Source: an uncultured Chloroflexia bacterium
GTDB lineage: Bacteria > Chloroflexota > Anaerolineae > Aggregatilineales > Phototrophicaceae
Reading direction: 5' to 3'
Assembly (NCBI GenBank): GCA_963814185.1
Contig: CAWFCF010000004.1
Location: 896,358-960,357, forward strand
DNA: 64,000 nucleotides
The notes under the pieces were generated by a model. It was not told where the DNA came from and ran no database searches. It saw only the letters and a program-made list of their open reading frames with translations. Made by a program: the position numbers and the translations under genes. How positions within the stretch are numbered: the first letter of the stretch is position 1; every line of letters starts with the position of its first letter. Below, one piece after another: positions 58,277 to 64,000 of the stretch.

Positions 58277-61200
58277 ATGCAAGAAGTTCAGCGCCTGCCT
58301 GAATTCGCCATCCCGGAGCGCCGCAGCGTCGTCCGAACCGACGCACTGGTCGGCGTTTTGCTGATACTGGTGATGGTGATCGGCGGGTATTTTCGGTTTA
58401 CCGGATTAAACTGGGACGATTTCACCCATCTGCACCCGGATGAGCGGTTTCTCACCGACGTGGCGCAGGGATTGGGTCGCCAGTTGAGTCCGAGCGGGGA
58501 CTCCAACGCTGCCGCCGCTCAAATGGCGGACTGTCTGGCGCGCTACCCAGACTCCGGCGGGATGGGTCCCTACTTCGATACCGAATGCTCGGCGCTGAAC
58601 CCGCTCAACGCGAATTCGGCGCATGGGCTGTACGTCTACGGGACGCTGCCGCTGTTCATCACCGAAGCCGCCGCCGATTTCACGGTGCAGGCGACCGAGT
58701 GGTATGCGCACAATATCCTCGCGCGCAGCAACCCGATTTACGCCACTTACGACGGCTCGCAGTGGGCGACCTACGACGGCATCCAACTGGTCTGGCGGTT
58801 CCTGTCCGCGCTCGCGGAAATGGGAATTATCCTGATCGTGTTCGTGATTGGCACCAAGCTGCACGACAAGTGGATCGGGCTGCTGGCGGCGTTCTTCTAC
58901 TCCGTCACCGTGTTTTCGATCCAGATGGCGCACTTCGGCACGGTGGACGCGATGGCGAACCTGTTCAGCGCGCTTTCGATTCTGTTTGCCGTGCTGGTGC
59001 AGCGCGAAGGCAAGCTGATCAATTACGCGCTGTTCGGCGTGTTCTTCGGCTGCGCGGTGGCGAGCCGGATCAATCTGGTGCCGCTGGCGGCGCTGATTGC
59101 AATCGCGGCGTTGATCCAGATCATGCCCGCGTTCGAGAGCCGCCTCGCGCCGGGCGAGCGCAGCCACGCGCTGATCTATCACGGCGGCGGGCTGCTGCTG
59201 GCGGCTTTTTTGTCGCTGCTCGCCTTCCGCATTTTCAACCCGTATGCCTTCAACGGGCCCGGCTTCTTCGGCTTGTCGCTGAACAGCCGCTGGCTCGACA
59301 ACATGAACTACGCGCAGGCGCTCAACGCGGGCATCGGCGACAGCCCGCCGAACTATCAATGGGTGGCGCGGCTGCCCTACATCTTCCCGCTGGACAACAT
59401 GGTGCTGTGGGGGATCGGCATCCCGCTGGGCATCATCGCGTGGCTGGGCTGGCTGTGGTCGGGCTATCGACTGGTGCGAGGTAAGCCCGGCGCGATCAAC
59501 AACGCGGTGCTGGTGGTGTGGGTGCTGATCTACTTCGGCTGGCTGGGGCGCAACTGGGTCACGACCATGCGCTACTTCCTGCCGCTCTATCCGGTGCTGA
59601 TGGTGCTGGCGGCGTGGGCGCTGGTGTCACTGGTGCGCTACGCGCGCGGGCACCTCTGGCGGCGGCGATTCTTCCGGGTGCTGCTCTACGGAACCGCCGT
59701 GATTGCGCTGCTGTGGTCAGCCATGTTCACCAACGTCTATCGCCACCTGCTGACGCGGGTACAGGCGACCTACTGGGTGTGGGAACACGTCCCCGGCGAC
59801 TTCGCCATGCAGATCAACAGCCCGGATGATCCGGCGCCCGTGATCAACATTGGGCTGCCCAACAACGGGATCGGCACGCGGCACGTTTACGACGACGCGC
59901 ACGCCGGGTCGGAGCATCAGTTCACCGCGCCAGTGACCGGCACCATCAGCGCGGTGTACATCGACTACATGGATGACCCCAACCACGACCTCGACCCGGA
60001 GATGATCTACTTCACCATCACGCGGGTGAGCGACAACCAGCAGATGGCGGACGCGGTTTACTCCGGCGATTTGACTCACGCGCAGAACGATCAACTGCCG
60101 CCCGCCTACACGATTCCGTTCACGCAGTTCGAGGTACAGCAGGGCGAGCTGTATCAACTGAACGTGCTGCTGATCAGCGGGGGACCGGTGGTGCTGGGCA
60201 GCTTCGTGATTCCGATTCAGCCGGACGCGCCCTCGCAGACGCCGCTGATCAACATCCCGCTGATGAACAACAACTACGGCGGGTCGGACGACGATCTGGT
60301 GTCGCGGGTGACGCGGCTGGACAGCACCTACAACAGCAGCGCGTCGGTCAGCTTCACCGCGCCCGCCAGCGGCACCGTGACCAGCATCTACGCGCCGCAT
60401 CTGGGCGACCCGAACGACGATCCGCAGCCGGAAGTGCTGCAATTCACCATCACCAAATCGGGCGACAGCACGCCGCTGGCGACGGCGACGCTCAATACCA
60501 ATCTGCCGCGCGACGAGAACAACATCCTCGGCACCAGCTACAACATCCCACTGGATGCGCCGCTGGAGGTGACACAGGGCGACCAGTACGATTTCAACGT
60601 GCAGTTGGTGTCCGGCGGCGCGGTGATCAGCGGCGGATCGGTGTTCACGTGGGAAGGGGCGTGGGACGACCCGGTTCCGACCGGAGTCTGCGCGCTGCCC
60701 ATCGGCACGACGCTGGAGGACGATCCGGCGCCGGGCATTTACATGGATCGACGGGACTGCAAGCAGTGGCTCGATCCGTGGTACGGGCTGGTCAACGGCT
60801 ACGAGCAGAACATCGTCTACGAGGATGAGCCGTCCAAGCGCGATCACCTGCTGCTGACGCTGGACAACAGCGACTACCTTGCCATCACCAGCAACCGCTT
60901 CTACGACCCAATGGCGCGCAACCCGATGCGCTGGCCCCTGACCAACTTCTACTACCAGCAGTTATTCGCCGGGAAGCTCGGCTACGATCTGGTCGCTACC
61001 TTTCAGGAGACCTTCCAACTGGGTCCGCTGAGAATCAGCGACCAGTATTTGCCGACTTACACGGGTCCCAAGTGGCTGAACGAACTGGAATCGGAAGAAG
61101 CGTTCAGCGTCTACGATCACCCGGTGGTGTTCATCTTCCAGAAGCGCGCGGATTACAGCGCCGAGCAGGTGCATCAACTGCTGGACAGCGTGCCGCTGAC

Positions 61201-64000
61201 CCGCGTGGGCAGCAGCGCGACCCTCAACATCTGCCCCGGCACGACTTCCGCCCTGTGCGACCCGACTATCGTCAACGTGGCGACCCTGAGTTCGGATCAA
61301 GCGGCGAAAGCGCCCACCGATTTGCAGTTCACGTCCGCAATGCAGCAGATTCAATCCAGCGGCGGCACGTGGTCGGATCGGTTCGACGAGACCAGCATCG
61401 TCAACACCAATCCGGTGGCGGCGGTGGTGATCTGGTGGCTGACCATCATGGTGTTCGGGTTCGCCGCCTTCCCGCTGCTGTTCGTGCTGCTGCCGGGCTT
61501 CGCCGACCGGGGCTACGCTTTCGCCAAATTCGCCGGGATGCTGCTGGCAGGATGGGGGACGTGGTATCTCGCCAGCCTGCGGATTCCGGTATGGTCGCAG
61601 GTAGGGATCGCCGGGGCGATGCTGCTCCTGTTCCTGATCGGACTGGCGCTGATGTGGCGCAGGCGCGACGCCTTCGTGGACTTTTTGCGCGAACACTGGA
61701 AGCGGCTGGCGCTGATCGAGCTGATCACGCTGATCGCCTTCCTCGCGTTCGTGGGCGTGCGGCTGACCAATCCCGACTTGTGGCAGCCGACCTTCGGCGG
61801 CGAAAAGCCGATGGACTTCGCCTATTTCAACGGCGTGCTGCGCAGCACCATCTTCCCGCCGATTGATCCTTGGTACTCCGGCGGCTACATCAATTACTAC
61901 TACTTCGGCTACGTGATCGTGGGGACGCCGGTGCTGCTGCTGAAGATGATCCCGTCGATTGCCTACAACCTGATCCTGCCGACCCTGTTCGCGCTGACCG
62001 GAATCTCGGCGTTTTCGGTGGCGTTCACGCTGGTCAATTCGCTGCGCGAGCGAGTTTCCTCCGACAGCGGCACGATTCGGCGAGTGAAGCGGCTGGGCAA
62101 TCCTTGGGTCGCGGGGATCGCGGCGCTGATGCTGGCGGTGGTGCTGGGCAATCTGGATACGCCGCACGTGTTTTTGAGCGGAGTCGCTAACGCGGGCGGC
62201 TACGCGCCGCCGCCGAGTATGCAGGATTATCTGATTCAGCAGTACAGCAGCGCGCATGACGGCAACGCCCCCGACGACGCGACGCTGCTCCAGATCGCCG
62301 CCGAAGCGCAGTCGCCGCCGCTGAGCGATCAGGTTCAGTACGAGATCAGCACCACCGGGGCGGCGCTCGGCAGCCTGCTGAACGGATTCTCCAAGATGCT
62401 CAGCGGTCAGGCTCTGTACGTCAGCCCGGATCGCTGGTTCTGGGGACCGACGCGGGTGCTGGCGGAACCTCCGGTCGATTCGGGCGGCGCGATTGCCGAA
62501 ATGCCGATCTTCACCTACGTCTACGGCGACATGCACGCCCACATGATCGCCATGCCGATGCAGCTTGCGGTGATGGGGCTGATCCTCAACGAAGTGCTGC
62601 TGGCGGGCAGCGATCTGCGGCGGCGGCGCACGGTGATCGCGGCGCTGGCGGTGCTGGGCATCTATGTGGGGATGCTGCGCGCGACCAACACGTGGGACTG
62701 GGTGACGTTCATGCTGCTGAGCGTGGTCGGGCTGGTCTTCGCGTGGTGGCTGGGGCTGGTGGCGCGCGACCCGGATCGGTCGTTCATGGCGCGGTTCACG
62801 CGGCGGTCGCTGATCGGGCTGACGTGGTACTTGGGCGGGTTCGCGCTGTTCAGCTTGATCGCGGCGCTGCCTTACAATATGTGGTTCGCATCGGCGTACA
62901 ACAGCGTCTCGCCGTGGACGGACGCCAAGACCCCGCTGTGGGCGTATTTCGACATTCACGGGCTGTTCCTGTTCTTGGTGGTCTCGCTGCTGGTGTGGGA
63001 TACGGCGCGCTGGCTGCGCAGCCTCTACGTGCGACAACTGCGGGGCACGTGGCTGCTGCTGATCAGCGGGCTGGTGATTCTGGCGGTGATTCTGCTCGGA
63101 TCGCTGATGCTGGCGGTGGCGAGCTATCAGGTGACGCTGGTGGTGCTGCCGCTGCTGATCTGGATCGCGCTGCTGTTCTTCCGCTCCGGGCAGTCGCGGG
63201 TGATGCAGTTCGTGCTGATTCTGACGGGGCTGGCGCTGGGCTTGACGCTGGGCGTCGAATACGTGGTGCTGGACGGCGACATCGGGCGGCAGAACACCGT
63301 GTTCAAGTTCTACATTCAGGCGTGGCTGCTGCTGAGCGTGGTTGGCGGGGCGGCGTTCGCGTGGCTGATCGCGCACGCCCCGCGCTGGCGACCGGGAATC
63401 CGCAGCGCGTGGATGTTCGTAGCGGTGGCGCTGATCGGGGTCGCGTCGCTGTTCCCGATCATGGCGATTCGCGGCAAGGCGGCGTTCCGGTTCGACCTGA
63501 ACACCTGCGCCCCGACCACGCTGGATGGCATGGATTACATGAAGTGCGCGATGGAATACGAGGGCGACGATCAACTGATGGCGCAAGACCCGACGCTGGC
63601 GCCGTTCCCGCTCTCGGAAGATTACGCCATGATCCGCTGGCTGCAAGATCACGTTCGCGGGACGCCGACCATCATCGAAGGCTTGAGCGAGCGCTCGCTG
63701 TACGTGTGGAACGACCGGATCGCCATCTACACCGGGCTGCCGACCGTGATCGGCTGGAACTTCCACCAGAAGCAGCAGCGCAGCCTCGACCCGTTCGGTC
63801 AGTTGGTGGATGACCGGATCGCCAACGTGAACGACTTCTACGACTCCACCAGCATCGACGATGCGTGGCGGATGCTGCAATACTATCACGTCACCTACGT
63901 GATCGTCGGGCGGCTGGAGCAGGCGTACTATCAGCAGGCGGGGCTGGCGAAATTCCCGGAGATGGCGCGCGAGGGCTTGCTGATCCCGGTGTTCCAGCAG
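58277..64000 (+). CDS. giant DUF2298 / 'Chlor_Arch_YYY' family membrane protein, two-module class, 3' end outside the window (more than 1908 aa)
   Basis: Not in the ORF track because it has no stop before 64000. No listed + strand ORF after 58277 shares its frame, consistent with frame 2 staying open from ATG 58277 to the window end. HPDERF loop motif at 58433-58450, GGEKPMDFAYFNG, and the eponymous GGYINYYYFGY (YYY codons 61895-61903). Dozens of TM helices. Confidence 0.75.
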   Translation, partial: MQEVQRLPEFAIPERRSVVRTDALVGVLLILVMVIGGYFRFTGLNWDDFTHLHPDERFLTDVAQGLGRQLSPSGDSNAAAAQMADCLARYPDSGGMGPYFDTECSALNPLNANSAHGLYVYGTLPLFITEAAADFTVQATEWYAHNILARSNPIYATYDGSQWATYDGIQLVWRFLSALAEMGIILIVFVIGTKLHDKWIGLLAAFFYSVTVFSIQMAHFGTVDAMANLFSALSILFAVLVQREGKLINYALFGVFFGCAVASRINLVPLAALIAIAALIQIMPAFESRLAPGERSHALIYHGGGLLLAAFLSLLAFRIFNPYAFNGPGFFGLSLNSRWLDNMNYAQALNAGIGDSPPNYQWVARLPYIFPLDNMVLWGIGIPLGIIAWLGWLWSGYRLVRGKPGAINNAVLVVWVLIYFGWLGRNWVTTMRYFLPLYPVLMVLAAWALVSLVRYARGHLWRRRFFRVLLYGTAVIALLWSAMFTNVYRHLLTRVQATYWVWEHVPGDFAMQINSPDDPAPVINIGLPNNGIGTRHVYDDAHAGSEHQFTAPVTGTISAVYIDYMDDPNHDLDPEMIYFTITRVSDNQQMADAVYSGDLTHAQNDQLPPAYTIPFTQFEVQQGELYQLNVLLISGGPVVLGSFVIPIQPDAPSQTPLINIPLMNNNYGGSDDDLVSRVTRLDSTYNSSASVSFTAPASGTVTSIYAPHLGDPNDDPQPEVLQFTITKSGDSTPLATATLNTNLPRDENNILGTSYNIPLDAPLEVTQGDQYDFNVQLVSGGAVISGGSVFTWEGAWDDPVPTGVCALPIGTTLEDDPAPGIYMDRRDCKQWLDPWYGLVNGYEQNIVYEDEPSKRDHLLLTLDNSDYLAITSNRFYDPMARNPMRWPLTNFYYQQLFAGKLGYDLVATFQETFQLGPLRISDQYLPTYTGPKWLNELESEEAFSVYDHPVVFIFQKRADYSAEQVHQLLDSVPLTRVGSSATLNICPGTTSALCDPTIVNVATLSSDQAAKAPTDLQFTSAMQQIQSSGGTWSDRFDETSIVNTNPVAAVVIWWLTIMVFGFAAFPLLFVLLPGFADRGYAFAKFAGMLLAGWGTWYLASLRIPVWSQVGIAGAMLLLFLIGLALMWRRRDAFVDFLREHWKRLALIELITLIAFLAFVGVRLTNPDLWQPTFGGEKPMDFAYFNGVLRSTIFPPIDPWYSGGYINYYYFGYVIVGTPVLLLKMIPSIAYNLILPTLFALTGISAFSVAFTLVNSLRERVSSDSGTIRRVKRLGNPWVAGIAALMLAVVLGNLDTPHVFLSGVANAGGYAPPPSMQDYLIQQYSSAHDGNAPDDATLLQIAAEAQSPPLSDQVQYEISTTGAALGSLLNGFSKMLSGQALYVSPDRWFWGPTRVLAEPPVDSGGAIAEMPIFTYVYGDMHAHMIAMPMQLAVMGLILNEVLLAGSDLRRRRTVIAALAVLGIYVGMLRATNTWDWVTFMLLSVVGLVFAWWLGLVARDPDRSFMARFTRRSLIGLTWYLGGFALFSLIAALPYNMWFASAYNSVSPWTDAKTPLWAYFDIHGLFLFLVVSLLVWDTARWLRSLYVRQLRGTWLLLISGLVILAVILLGSLMLAVASYQVTLVVLPLLIWIALLFFRSGQSRVMQFVLILTGLALGLTLGVEYVVLDGDIGRQNTVFKFYIQAWLLLSVVGGAAFAWLIAHAPRWRPGIRSAWMFVAVALIGVASLFPIMAIRGKAAFRFDLNTCAPTTLDGMDYMKCAMEYEGDDQLMAQDPTLAPFPLSEDYAMIRWLQDHVRGTPTIIEGLSERSLYVWNDRIAIYTGLPTVIGWNFHQKQQRSLDPFGQLVDDRIANVNDFYDSTSIDDAWRMLQYYHVTYVIVGRLEQAYYQQAGLAKFPEMAREGLLIPVFQQ
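59840..60650 (+). repeat. intragenic tandem duplication of a ~135-aa extracytoplasmic domain inside the YYY protein
   Basis: Copy 1 starts at 59840 (VINIGLPNNG...FTAPVTGTISAVY...DPEMIYFTITR...YTIPF...VQQGELYQLNVLLISGGPVV). Copy 2 starts at 60245 (LINIPLMNNN...FTAPASGTVTSIY...QPEVLQFTITK...YNIPL...VTQGDQYDFNVQLVSGGAVI). Confidence 0.7.

Noticed and set aside
60962-63889. A very long minus-strand ORF (975 aa), plus similar ones at 27237..29384, 10532..12283, 34937..36802, 54460..55677, 55461..56786, 56859..58151, 59717..60847, 8740..9864, 14051..14824, 50613..51566 and 43361..44536.
   Set aside because: These are antisense shadow ORFs typical of high-GC genomes. Their translations are Arg/His/Gln/Pro/Gly-rich with no motifs. 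Each is completely covered by a motif-bearing gene on the opposite strand (YYY protein, ABC exporter, binding proteins, GT-C, KimA-like, gyrA).

Overview
GC-rich (by eye about 60-65% GC) bacterial chromosomal segment. Gene content and repeat types suggest a Chloroflexota-like organism: a giant DUF2298/'YYY' membrane protein, five GT-C/ArnT-like membrane glycosyltransferase paralogues, two Uma2 nucleases and an F420-type PPOX protein. This taxonomic call is inference only. I count about 50 protein genes and one tRNA-Gly(CCC), with no rRNA, CRISPR array, transposase or integrase. From left to right the window holds: a Ras-like GTPase operon (cut by the window edge), HicBA and Uma2; a B12-radical-SAM/PPOX/amidohydrolase/Zn-ribbon block; an oligopeptide-type ABC importer; the first of two KimA-like APC transporters; a GAF/PAS histidine kinase; a double-HTH XRE + TPR pair; three GT-C-like membrane proteins; a heterodimeric ABC exporter + sulfotransferase; AKR, thiolase and HIT; a sugar ABC importer; birA; a penicillin-acylase-family hydrolase; gyrA; rplY/ctc; a PAS/GAF sensor; the second KimA-like transporter; a two-lobed retropepsin-like protease behind tRNA-Gly. 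At the right end is a tightly coupled flippase-like/GT4/methyltransferase/GT-C/giant double-'YYY' operon, which I consider the best candidate for an undescribed system. Two signals run through the whole window. (i) Fourteen single-base indels disrupt twelve otherwise well-conserved genes, including gyrA and birA, mostly at homopolymer runs, so they are most likely assembly consensus errors. (ii) There are several kinds of intergenic palindromic elements, including an unusual 186-nt inverted repeat built from tandem heptamers. All function calls rest on motifs read by eye from the translations; no database search was run.
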